DNA of 64,000 nucleotides from Octopus vulgaris (Eukaryota): contig CATOCA020000001.1 of NCBI GenBank assembly GCA_951406725.2, positions 6,820,001-6,884,000 on the forward strand. The letters are read 5' to 3'. Below the pieces are notes generated by a model. The model did not search any database. It was not told the DNA's origin and saw nothing but the letters and a program-made list of their open reading frames with translations. Position numbers and translations under genes: made by a program. Below are positions 25,001 to 37,579 of this stretch, piece after piece; position 1 is the stretch's first letter, and every line of letters starts with the position of its first letter.

Positions 25001-27383
25001 TTCTTGGTATTTCGTCATTGCCTCTGTGAGGCCCAACATTCGAAGGTCATGCTTGACCACCACATCCCATGTATTCCTGGGTCTACCTCTACCCTGGATT
25101 CCTTCAACTGTTTGGGAGTGGCATTTCTTCACACATCTCTCCTCATCCATCTGTAGTACATGACCATACCAGTGCAAATGTCTCTTTTGCATGCCACATC
25201 CAATGCTTCTTATGTCCAGTATTTCTCTCAGGACACTTACACTCTGTCATGTGTGCACACTAACATTACACATCCAGCGGATCATGCTAGCTTCATTTCT
25301 TTCAAGCCTATGCATGTCCTCTGCAGTCACAGCCTATGTTTCACTACCGTGAAGCATTGTAGTTCACACATATGTGTCGTACAATCTACCATTCACTCTG
25401 AGCGAGAGACCCTTTGTCACTAGTAGGGGTAGAAGCTTTCTGAACTTTGCCCAGGCTATTTGTATTCTAGTGGTGACGCTCTATGAGAATCCACCTCCAC
25501 TACTAACTTGGTCACCTAGGTAGTGGAAACTATCAACTACTTCTAGTTTCTCTCCCTGAAGTGTGATGGAATCTGTTTTCTGAGTATCTGTGGTGTCTAT
25601 TGCCCCTGTGCATCTGCCGCACACAAAAGCTATCATCTCGGTTAATTTTCCTCTGATGTTGCTGCACCCCTTATGCATCCATAGCTTACATTGGGTACAT
25701 CTTATGGAGTTTCTACCTACACCTTTTCTACAGATTGAGGAGGGGGTGATGAGGTCACCTTCCTACTTAGTAGAACTTTAGTCTTTGATACATTGACTCT
25801 AAGGTGTTTTGATTCGAAACCTTGCTTCCACAGCCGAAATTTCTTTTCTAGTTCCGGTAGTGATTCTGCTATGAGGGCCAGGTCATCAGCATAGAGGAGC
25901 TCCCAGGGGCAACCTGTCTTGAATTCCTCTGTTATTGCCTAGAGGACAATGATGAATAAAAGGGACTGAGGCCTGAACCTTGGTGGATCCCTACTTCTAC
26001 CCGGAATTCTTTACGATACTCGTTGCTAATCCTAACCTTACTAACGGCCTCTCGGCATAGGGCCTGTACAGCCCTTATTAACCATTCGTCAATCTCCAAT
26101 TTCCACATTGCCCACCAGATAAGGGATCGGGGAACCCTGTCAAAGGCTTTCTCCAAGTCCACAAAAGCTAAGTACAGGGGTTTATCTTTAGCTAGGTATT
26201 TCTCCTGCAGTTGTCAAACCAGTAATATGGCATCAGTGGTGCTTCTACCCAGAACAAAACCAAACTGCATCTCATCTAAGCAGACTCTCTCCCTAATGAG
26301 ATGGGCTATGACCCTCTCTGTGACAGTCATCACCTGATCCAGCAGTTTAATACCCTTATAGTTATTTCTATCTAGGGCATCACCTTTACCCCTGTAGCAG
26401 TTGACTATGGTGCTGCTACGCCAGTCATTGGGTATGGCTCCATGTTGAACTACCTGGTTTACAATGCATGTGACTAGGCCATAGCCCACTCCACCAGGTG
26501 TTTTAAGCATCTCAGCAGTGATTCCTGATAGGCTGGGGGCTTTTCCTGGCTTCATACCCTTAATTGCTTTACCTACTAGGGAGCTGTCTATTCGGATAGC
26601 TGGTCCTTCAACTGGATTAACATTTGGCAGGCTCTTCTCCTCCCATTCATTCTCTACATTCAGCAGTCTTTCATAATAGCTTCTCCAGGCCTCTTTCTTT
26701 GCAGAAACATTAAATGCACGTCTTTTCAGAAACTTAATGTTTCTATAACATAGATTCTCAACAAAAAAAATTTTTCCTCAATGTAAATCAAACTCTTTCG
26801 TGCCCAAAGTAATGTGTGTGTGTGTGTGTGAGAGAGAGAGGGGGGGGCAGGGAGAAAGACGAACGATTTAAAATAAATATATTTTAATTGTTGTGTGAGA
26901 AAGTATATATAATCTGATTATAAAGTATAGTGTCTTTCAAAAACATCCTAAATTTGAATACTATATCTCGTGTATAAGAAAAAAAAAACATTTTACATTT
27001 TTATTTTTGGTGAACACTGTCACTTACTCTCTCTCTCCCTCACACACACACACACAACAACACGCAACATCTGTCTCCCTCACACACACACATACATACA
27101 TCAACACAACTTCTCTCTCCCTCACACACACACACACACATTTTCACTTCGTTATGGCAAGAAGGGACTTAACTCATGTTAGCAAACTTCAAAATTGGTA
27201 AAAGTTAAGGCTGAAAATCGATTTTTACTACTACCCGCTGGTGCTTCGGGGAAAATAATTTGACAAAAATAGAGTTAGGTTCGTGACAAATGTCTTCCTA
27301 AAATTGGAGCGACATGCTTGCTAATTTGTGGACGTGCATAAATTACATTCACGTACACACATCCTGCCTTTTATATATACAGA
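22057..27383 (-). mobile_element. Helitron with both termini, degenerate Rep/Hel helicase and nested RTE LINE
   Basis: On the minus strand: A|TCTGTATATATAAAAGG 5' end, and 3' hairpin ccgggcaacaccggg followed by CTAG|T. Frameshifted PIF1 helicase at 22434-23930 (ALAVASSGIAATLLPGGRT, LSGDFWQTLPVI, LSTNM, PIMLIRNL, TMSINNSQGQTL). Confidence 0.92.
24436..26720 (-). mobile_element. 5'-truncated RTE LINE nested in the Helitron
   Basis: RT motifs QFGF..GRSTTDAI, DLEKAFDRVPR, GIHQGS.LSP and LLYADDL; C-terminus RGRPRNTWDVVV; 3' UTR with (GAT)n tail at 24436-24470. Confidence 0.92.
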
Positions 27384-27419
27384 TAAATACCAACAACATT
27401 ATCCATATACGCATATACA

Positions 27420-28180
27420 TCATCATCATCATCATCGTCGTTTAACGTCCGCTTTCCATGCTTGTATGAGTTGGACGGTTTGACTGTCGGCTGGTGAACC
27501 AGATGGCTGCACCAAGCTCCAGTCTTGATCTGGCAGTTTCTACAGCTGGATGCCCTTCCGAATGCCAACCACTTTGAGAGTGTAGTGGGTGCTTTTACGT
27601 GCCACTGGCATGGGGGCCAGACAGGCAGTACTGGCAACGACCTCGCTCGAATTTGTTTTTACACATGCCAACGGCACAGGTGCCAGTAAGGAGATGCTGG
27701 TAACGATCCCGCTCGAATGGTGCCTCCTACATGCCTCCTATAAGCCAGATAGCCGCTCTGGCAATGATCACACTCAGATGGTGCTCTTAGCACCCTACTA
27801 GCACAGGACACAAGTGCCAGTAAGGCGAAGCTGGCAACGACCACGCTCATATGGTGCTCGTGCCCGTCATCGAATTTTACTTTGATTTTGATTTCTGTTT
27901 TGATTTCACTTGCCTCAACAGGTCTTCGCAAGCAGAGATTAGTGTTCAGAGAAAGAAAAGGTACGCACACGTGGGCTGGTTACACCCCTGGCACAGGCAA
28001 ACGAGGTTATGGTCTCATTTGGCTTGCCGGGTCTTCTCAAGCACAGCATATTTCCAAAGGTCTCGGTCACTAGTCATTTCCTTGGTGAGGCCTAAAGTTC
28101 GAAGGTCGTGCTTCCCCACTTCATCCCAGGTCTTCCTGGGTCTACCTCTTCCACAGGTTCCCTCAACCGCTAGGGTGTGG
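27420..28180 (-). mobile_element. RTE LINE 3' end
   Basis: Reverse-complement match to 190-927, with (cat)n at 27420. Confidence 0.88.
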
Positions 28181-28293
28181 AAATATAAACTAATGAACTA
28201 ATGAAATAGCTAGAAATAAACATCTGTATATTCAAGTTCATATAGAGATACTAATATATAAACAAGATACACCCATACATGTATTCACGTGCA

Positions 28294-29498
28294 TAACCAC
28301 ATAAGCAAATTTATTTCACCTTTATATTTTTATTCATTCTTTATTCCTTATTTCTGCTTACTTATTTACCTTATTTTATTTTATTTATTATGTTTTATAA
28401 ATACCAACAATGTTATCCATATATAGATATCCACATACACATAATATAATCCATGTATGCATATACACGCACATGCATTCACGCATAAACAAATTTTACT
28501 TCCCCTTTATTTCTATTTTTTATCCTTATCCTATTTATTCTATATTCCTTATTTCTGCTACCTTATTTATTTTATTTTATTATATATTTTAATCATGTAC
28601 TTTTACTCTTCTATAATTTAGTTGATTATTATCATTATTATTATTAAACTTCAATATAAATATCAAATAATGTGTGAATGAACTTTTATTGTTACTCTTA
28701 TGTATTTATGTACATTAATAAAAAACTTAGAAAGTAACATATATACACATGTAAGTTGACTTATATGTGTATATATGTTACGGACCGGGCTGCGTATTGT
28801 GTTCTTGAGCAAGGCACTTTATTTCACGTTGCTTCAGTTCACTCAGCTGTAGAAATGAGTTGCGACGTCACAGGTGCCAAGCTGTATCGACCTTTGTCTT
28901 TCCCTTGGATAACACTGGTGGCGTGGAGAGGGGAGGCTGGTATGCATGGGCGACTGCTGGCCTTCCATAAACAACCTCGTCCGGACTTGTGTCTAGGAGG
29001 GTAACTTTCTAGGTGCAATCCCATGGTCATTCATGACCGAAGGGGGTCTTTACCCTTTAAGTTGACTTATAAACCATTGGCATCCATAATTATTGTGTGT
29101 ATGTATATCTGTACCTGTGTATGTGCGTCTGTGTGTGTGTGTGCGTGCGTATATATAAATATGAGCATAGACATGCGCACACACATATACAAACATGAAC
29201 ATAAACTTTATTTCTCTTTCACTTTAATTTTATTTCATTTTATTCAGTAAATAATGTTCCTCTTACAAAGTATAAATCATTATTCATGATTATTATTATT
29301 AGTAATATTGAATTTTAAAATAAATGAATATTTTTAATGCATGCATGCACACACACATATACATAGTAAACATAAATATATTTTCTGTGTATATTTGAAT
29401 ATTCCAGTAAATCGCTATGTAGTTCACAAATTGTCCTTTTATGCACCCTGAAAATTTTCACCAAAGGCATTTAAAATGCAAAATTTATTTATATGTAT
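28294..29498. repeat. Right arm of large foldback-like inverted repeat (contains a SINE at 28782-29058)
   Basis: Reverse-complement matches to 21825-21985, 21393-21530, 19035-19125 and 16093-16300. Confidence 0.85.
28782..29058 (+). mobile_element. SINE (5'-truncated, shares body with the tRNA-derived family)
   Basis: Contains gtgttcttgagcaaggcactttatttcacgttgcttcagttcactcagctg; aagttgacttata is repeated on both sides. Confidence 0.75.
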
Positions 29499-30110
29499 CT
29501 ATATATATAAAAGAGAGAGTTAATTCATTTGTTTGTCAACCAAAATGAAACTAAATGGTTCAAGGGAAGCTATTATGTTTTATCTATCTATATATATATT
29601 AGCTGATGTACCCAGTAATTCCTGGGAAAGCAGGGCTTATCTCCTTGTTCTGTTCTTAATCCAATAAGTAGCATATGCAAAATGGTATTAAGGAAGGGTA
29701 GGAAAATATTAGATTTATAAGCCCAAAAATTCACTCCATAACTGCCCACGGGCTTATGGCACAGTGGTTAAGTGCACGCACAGGCTACTAACCCCAGATT
29801 CCGAGTTCAATTCCAGGCGAAATGAGGGTATATCAGCCAAAACATTGTGTTAACAAGACAAGCAAGATGAGGACAAATATCCGTCAAATGTAAATAATGT
29901 ACAGCTGTATACTGTTTAAAAGTTGATAGGTTGAAATAAATTTTACAACCTACAATTTGTATTTTTATTAAACAATTTATTTTAGAAAAACAAAGAAAAC
30001 AACTATGTGAAGATTTTGGGGTAAAAAGCAAAATTAACAAAGATGAAATGTAATGAATATAAATAAATTATTTTACAGGTTTGTAATAGAATTTTAAGCT
30101 TTCAACTTAC

Positions 30111-30362
30111 ATTCTACATTGATCCAATGTCTTTTATGCAATTCTCTTTTACTGCACTTGTTAGAAGCATAACAAGTGTAAACCTCATTATTGTGTGTTC
30201 GATTGAGTTGAGGAAATGTGAAATTTTGTGAGGTTTTGTTACTTGGATCCCACCTGTAGCTGTACTTTTCTGGATATTCATTTATTGCCTTACAATGCAA
30301 AATGCCTTTGTCACCTTCAAGAAAGGGTTCATCAGCCTTGATTTCTATTGTTTTAGGTGGAT
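30111..30362 (-). CDS. Ig-domain exon 2 of the multi-Ig protein
   Basis: 252 nt, phase 1-1. Acceptor tatacag|at; donor t|gtaagt. Reads (Y)PPKTIEIKADEPFLEGDKGILHCKAINEYPEKYSYRWDPSNKTSQNFTFPQLNRTHNNEVYTCYASNKCSKRELHKRHWINVE, a canonical C...W...YTC.A.N C2/I-set pattern. Confidence 0.93.
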
Positions 30363-32489
30363 CTGTATAAAAGGAAATCAGATTATTTACGTAAATACTT
30401 GCATAAAGATATTTTATTTTTTGCTGTTACATTGGCAATTAATATTCCAAGTTGCATTAAATATAAAGTGATGCGTAAAAAATGAGAAAATTTTAAATGA
30501 ATTCTATTAGTATTGCAATCTTTTACACTGAAAGAAATGTCCAATACAAATTTTCAAATCCTAACCAATATATTAGAAAATACACATCTATATAAAAAAT
30601 ACTTGTATCCAAGAATTTCATCAGACTACCATTTAACTTTTGAAGATGCTGGCAAAATTTAATTAGCAAGACACACAGTTTCAGGAAAAGGATGCAGAAT
30701 AAAAGGCAACATTGAATATAAGCCTACATAAGTTCCAGAACTACTATCATTAAATAAAATAAAATAAAAATATGTATGATGAAATATTACATTTTTGTAA
30801 ATTGGGACTGCTGATAATGATAGAATTGTAATAAAATAAGGGAAGTTTAATGTCAAACTGAAATACCACAATATAGGTGTTTTAAAAAAAGGAATTTATG
30901 AAAATTTGTTGGTGCAGGCTTTTCATAATGTTTTACCTACATTTTGCAAAACTTCATAAATTGCATTACATTATAAATTTCTTTTTTACCTTCCTCAAAA
31001 CAGATATTTTTTCCATACCTACCAGATCTCAAGAGCACAGAGAATTTTTTAATTGTGCTGTTATCTAATATCCATTTTAATTCCCAGAGTAAAACCAAGT
31101 GGTAAGATTAGCTGTAATGGATCTATAATACAGTACATTTTGACTATTAACAAATATAAGTGAGCTTATTTTTTTCTGACATATGGATTCTTAATATGTA
31201 TATATCTTCCTCAAAACAGACATGCACTATCATCATAGAGAGGATGATAATCATCATTGCTGCCACTTCCACTGCCACTATCATCTTGTGTCTGCTTTCC
31301 ATGCTAGCATGGACAATACATTTTAACAAGGCCCTGCAGGCCAGAGAACCACATCTTGCTTAAAAGTCAGTTTTAGCATGCTTTCTGTATACCTTTCCTA
31401 ATGCCAACCACTTTACAGAGTTGACTTGGCGCTATTTTCATAGCATCAACTCTAATGAAATTCCTTTGTAACTTGCAAGACTGAAGAGCTATTCAACTAA
31501 TGGGGAAGATAAGAGATAGGGTGGATGCTTTAAGCAAGGAGTTGAGATGTTAAAGTATCACTGTGGAGGGTGGCAGAAAGATGTGTGGCAACTATTTATT
31601 TTGCATCAATGGGTGGGAAGGACTGGAATGGGACTCAAGAGGTAAAAATGGTGATGACAAGGTAACAGAACATACATGCATGGTAACATGTCCAAGAGAT
31701 AAATGGAAGAGAGAAGGATAGAGGAGAATAATGAAGGTTTGCAGATAAGGCTGTAAGAGTGTGAAAGGAGAGTGAGGTGGATATAAAGATGAGGTGAATG
31801 AGGTGAGTAGTATATAGAAGGTAAATGTAGAGAAGGGTGAAGAAGGGCGGAGGGAACCAGTATGAGTGGGGTGCAATTGAGAATGAGGAATGAAGACTGA
31901 CTGAGAATAGTATGGAGGAGAAGAGTGGTGATCAGCAGTACAGAGATGGCAATGGTATGGTGCATAGAAGCAGGTTCTATATCAGTTTCTTACAAGAGCA
32001 GAAAAATGTAGTATATTGGGAAATGATAGAGGGATGTGTGATAGAGTGATGAGGGATAGAACTCAGGTTGCAAGTGGAGGAGACTGAGGGGATAGGATAC
32101 TGGATTTAGAATTAGAGATTGCGAGTGAGATGTGAGGACAGGATGACAGAAGTGGAGTTGAGGTTGTGAGTGAAGTGAATGTGAAAATTGGAAACCAACA
32201 AGGAAAGGAATGTAGTCATGGATGACAAAAATGAGGAATGAGTATCAATAGGAAGTGGCAGCGATCCAGAAGTTACAAATGAAGATGAGAGTTTAAGATG
32301 GATATTAACAAGGGTGAGGTAGGGATTGTCAATTGTTAGAATGAGGAGAATGGAAGTGGCTTGGAGGGGGAACTCAGTTCTCTGGATAGATGGTGGAGAC
32401 TCAGGTGCATAGTGTACATATATATATATATTACGCTTTGAGAGCCTTAGCCATGATGTGCAATCATAGGAAGGTAAATCATGTTGAGT

Positions 32490-33780
32490 GCTGCATATCA
32501 CTAATCAACTTGGTTTGTCATCTCTTCCATGAGTGCCAGCATCCTCATCCCATGTCTTTCTCTCACACAGGTTTCATCTACTGTGAGTGATCATTACTTT
32601 TCTATACAACTGTCTTCATCCATACATATCACATACCCAAACTAATGTATACTACATTTAATTCTTGGCCAGTTGTTCCCTCAACACATTTGTATTCCAT
32701 CAGTTTTCACACTAACATTGCATATCCAGTGGAGCATGAATGCTTTATCTATTTCTAGTCTTTTCAGGTCCTCCACATTCAAGGCTCATGTCTCACGATC
32801 ATGGAGCATTTCAAGTTGAAAAAAGCATCATAAGGTCAGCTTTTCACACTGAGAGAAAAACTTTATGCTTATGACAGAAGTAATAAATCCATGGACTTTC
32901 TCTACTCAGATTTTACATTGGCTACTACACTTTGAGAACAACTTCCACCAATACTGTTTTGATCACCTAGATAACAAAAGCTCTCTATTACATCTAGAAA
33001 TCTTCCTGGGCTTTTGAAGGCATCATTTCTCATGTTCACTTAAAGTTTATTGCTCCAGCACACCTGCTACATACAATGTCCACTTTGTCAACCTACCCAT
33101 AATTCCATTGTATCTCTTGCACATACACAGTTTGCACTGGGTACACTATATCAACTTTCCACCCATTCCTTTTTTTACATATGAAACAAGGTAATTATCC
33201 AGATGGACGAAGGGTCTTGTATGTTTTCTGATTTACTAAGATTTGAATGTTTACCAAGGTAATGAGGCCCTTTGATTCCATGCTTTGCTTTCACACCTGT
33301 AATGTTTTCCCAGTCTTACTCCAGCTTCAGCCATAAAAAAGAGAACATGAGCAAATAAGAATTCCTGTAGACACCTAATCTTAAACTCCCCTGGAGGTCT
33401 TTGATAAATAGAAAGAGACTAAGCACTGATGGTATCCTACCTAGACACTAAAGTCATCACTGTACTCATCGCTATTTCTCATATTGCTGACAATACACCT
33501 GTATATGGATTGTATGGCTCACATAAGCAATTATTATACTCCTAGCTTCATCAATAATTACTAGATCCCCAAATGAGTAACCTCTGTCAAAGGCTTTCTC
33601 TAGGTCAACAGGTTCTTCACTTGTTGACTGACTAGGAATATGATATCAGTACTTCTTTTTTCCAGAACAAAACTGAACTGCATCTCATCTAGTTTAACTG
33701 TCAATTATCAACAGAGCTATAACTCTTTTTCTGACTTTGATGAACTAGTCCAGTAATTTGATATCCCTCTAATTACTGAT
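32490..33780 (-). mobile_element. Highly degenerate RTE LINE fragment
   Basis: Colinear with 24950-26400, e.g. gtcaaaggctttctctaggtcaac (DLEKAFD) and aactgcatctcatct (DEMQF). Confidence 0.75.
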
Positions 33781-34191
33781 CTCTTTTCCTAAATAAAATT
33801 TAAAGAGCTCCCAGATATTTAGCCATAAGTCTTTAAATCTTTAAACTGTTTCAGCTTCAAAGTTCTGGTCATGCTGGGGCACTATTTATAATGGCATTTG
33901 ACCATAAGTTTATTTCCTCTGTATATTCAACTTGCATGATAAAACTACACAAATTCCAACAATGCAATTAGATACATAGTTCCAGAAGAATAAAACAATG
34001 CTCACCTGGTTTGGAATCACAGGATATTATATATTTTCTCCCTTCACTCAAAAACCTACAGCCAAACCAACCAACATATACAAAAGACTAGAATCGTACA
34101 GTTAAAATTTTTTTTTCATATTGGAATTAAAAAAAGAAAATGATAAAAATAGAAGATAAAAAATGTCAAAAGATGCTCCACTTATACTCAC

Positions 34192-34446
34192 AATGAATAG
34201 TTAAATTCTTTTCACGAGACACATTTGCAGCAATATGAATGCCCAGACACTTGACTGTTTGATGAGATTTGGAAGGTATTACATTAATTTCAACTTCTTC
34301 TTTACTAGTATTTGAGTATTTTTCATACTTCAGGGTTACACTTGCTGGTGGATTACCACCTTTCCAACTGCAGTGGAATTTGGTTGGAGTATCAACACAT
34401 ACTTTTCCTCCAGAAACATCTAGTATCATACTGTCTTCTGGAGAAT
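34192..34446 (-). CDS. Ig-domain exon 1 (most 5' visible) of the multi-Ig protein
   Basis: 255 nt, phase 1-1. Acceptor ttcatag|at; donor t|gtgagt. Reads SPEDSMILDVSGGKVCVDTPTKFHCSWKGGNPPASVTLKYEKYSNTSKEEVEINVIPSKSHQTVKCLGIHIAANVSREKNLTIH, with the C...GGNPPA motif of nephrin/CD80-like C2-set domains. Confidence 0.9.
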
Positions 34447-34639
34447 CTATGAATTTCAGAACATAAAGAGTTAAAAGAAAAACAAACAAAATCAAATTAG
34501 TGCACTTAATAAAAGAACAAAAAAGTAAAGAAAAAAACAAACCAGAAGTATATTTTGAAGAAAATGAGCAATTTTTCAAAATTTTAAAAATATGTTTCTA
34601 ATAATAAAGATTTGAACATTGGTCACATTTGTAATAAAT

Positions 34640-36160
34640 CAGGCACAATTTTGAGAGGAGGGGCAATGTCAATATCAATGACCCAAGATGGGTTCTCTCT
34701 TTTACTGGCCTTGAAGAAATGAAAGTCAAAAAATCAATTTCAATAGAATTTGAACTCAGAATGTAAACAGGCCTAACTAAATAATGAATTTTATTTTCTC
34801 CCATCTTCTGCTGATGCTGCATATTTACCACATTAATTACTTTGGATTTTAGGGCAGTGAGCGGGCAGAACTATTAGCATACCAGGCAAAATGCTTAGTG
34901 GCATTTCAACCAACTTTAGATTCTGAGGTCAAATTTTGCTGAGATGAACTTTGCATTTCATCCTTCCAGGGTCAATAAAATAAGTACCAAGTAGGACACT
35001 GGAGTCAACGTAATCAACTTACTCCAACTCCTAAAATTGCAGGCCTTGTGCCAAAATATGGAACCAATAATTACTTTTGGTTTTTGCAAAAGGCCAGCAA
35101 TTTCGAGGTGAAGTGTGTTAGCTGATAACATCAACCACCTGACTTAATTTCTTTATTTTTATCAACATTGGAAGGACTAAGGGTGAATTTAATCTCACTA
35201 GGAAATGAATGCGAATATTGCAACACATCTTGTTTGACACATCTTGTCTGTCAGATTGACACCATAATAATAATAATAACAATAATGATAATAATCTAAA
35301 ACTAAAGGCACAAGGCCTGAAATTTGGTGGGAGGGGACTAAATAATTACATCAACCCCAGTATTTCACTTGTACTTAATTTATCAACCCCAAAAGGATTA
35401 AAGGCAAAGTCAACCTCTGAGGAATTAACTCAGAAAGTAGGAATGGGTGAAATACTGCTAAACATTTTGCCTGGTGTGCCAATGATTCTGCCAGCTTGCC
35501 ATCTTGAATAACAATAACCCTATTATGGGCTCAAGGAGTGAAATTTTGAGGGAGGTGGGGTTAGCCAATTACAATGACCCTAGTCATCTGTAAAGATGAA
35601 AGACAACCTCGTGCCATTTGAATTCAGAATATAAAGACAAATGAAATGTTGCAAACATTTTGTTTAGCATGCTAATGGTCTTGTCAGTTCACTGCCTTAA
35701 CAATAATAATAATGATTTCAAATTCTGGCTCAAAGTCAGCAATTTTGAGGGAGGGGCATGGTGATTACATCTATCCCAGGGTTCAACTGGTACTTATTTT
35801 ATCAACCTCGAAAAGTTGAAAGGTAAAGTTGACCTCAGCAAAATTTGAACTCAAAACATACAAATGGATGAAATGTTGCTAGGAATTTTGCCTGGTGTGC
35901 TTACAATTCTGCTAGCTTACTGCCACAATAATAATAATAATGATAATGATAATAATGATAATAATGGTGACAGTTAGACAATTTTCCAGGAATTAGTCAA
36001 TATCACCAATATTATATAATTTTATTTTGTTTTATCAACACCAAAAGAGTGAAAGGTACACCTGACCATTGCAAGAATAGAACTCAGTACATAAAGTGTT
36101 GGAACAAACACCACAAAGCCTTTTTCTAATGCTTCAAAGATTCTGCTAATTTGCTACATT
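34640..36160. mobile_element. Cluster of about 7 copies of one SINE family, one on + and the rest on -, separated by (TAA)n tails
   Basis: The plus copy at 34853-35070 begins ggcagtgagcgggcagaa. Minus copies contain aaagg...aaagtcaacct...gaatttgaactcagaa. Confidence 0.8.
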
Positions 36161-36379
36161 AACAACAACAGCTACAATTTCTTTCATTTGAAAGCTGGGT
36201 GATGGATGAGGGAGACAATACACAAAGATGAACATAAAATGTGGTGATTTAAATAGAATTGCATGATAAAAATGTGTAGAAAACATACACAGTAAAAATA
36301 CAAAACAAGGTAAAATGTATACATAATTGTTGGCACCACTCTGTCCAGATTTGTTTCATTTGATGCCTCCACAATACTT

Positions 36380-37560
36380 AAACTTGACATGGCTCAGAAG
36401 GCCAAGTCAGGAATGGAACAACCTCACGCATTGACTGCATGGCAGGGTGGGTGTGGACTTGGCTGCAGTTGTCAGGCCTTGCATTGCTTTCTTTTGCTTC
36501 TTCTTCAGTCTTTCTCCTCAAAAGTAGAACAACTGAAATGAATTGCTCTTCGCCAAGGTGGACAGTTGACAATTTCAGTTTCCAGGTATTAAGGGTGATT
36601 GCAGCTTGAAGGATTGAAGACTTCAGTTGTTCTTTGAATCTGCAGTTTGGAGGTCTTCAATGCCATTGACGAACTCACTGTAGAGGATGGGACTGTTCAG
36701 ATGATATATGTCTTGACCACTTGAGGCAATGCAACTTGAGGATGGCAACTTCAATGCTTGGCATTTCTGAATGATCGAGGACTTTGTAGATGACGTGTCA
36801 GTCCTGCCATTTGATATTGAGGATCTGTTAAAGCTTAGCTGGTTGGAAATGCTCAAACTTTTTCAAGTCTTTTCAATACAGAGTCCATGTCTCACATGTG
36901 TAGAGCAAGGTGAAGATGACAAGGACATGGAACACCATGAATTTTGTTCAGAGAGGGAGCCTGTGGTTGTTGAATACTTGCTTGCTGTGTCTTCTAAAAG
37001 CTAAATGAGTGGATTTGATTCTGTGGTCGATGTCCCTTTTGTATGGTCCAGATTGTGAGAGAGTGCTGCTGAGGTACTGGAAATAACTGATGACTTCCAG
37101 TGGTGCCCCCTTTGTTGACAGTAGCTTCTAGTATTTCTTGTCCAGGAACAGACTACACAAGTCTTTTCATTTTGTCCTCATTCACTTCCATCCCAAAGCA
37201 ATGGTAGGCTTCTAAGACAAGAGTCAAACAGTGCTGGAGGTCAACAACAGAGGCAATAGGAGTAGCACTGTCATTTGTGTACTGGAACTTCTTGATGCTG
37301 CTATTTGATGTTCAAGTTTTGGATCTTAGGCGTGCCAGGTTATAGAGTCTGCTATGCAGGTGATAGCGGATATTGACACTGAGAGAGTTATGTGAGATTT
37401 CATTGAACATCACTATCAGGTTGAAGGAGAACAAGGTAAGAGCCAAGATGCAGCCTTCTTTCAGACCTCTGGAGATGGAGAATGATTCAGAAAGTGCATT
37501 TAGTTTGCAAACATCCTACCATGCCATCATAGAGATGTGAGATCTCACGTTGGTTATCGG
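36380..37560 (-). mobile_element. Degenerate RTE/BovB-type LINE fragment
   Basis: Minus strand reads VIFTLLYTCETWTLY...ILNIKWQD, colinear with the intact piece at 50789-51533. An RT motif (GLKEGCILA) lies near 37450. Confidence 0.75.
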
Positions 37561-37579
37561 TCCAGCAACCTATTTGTTT

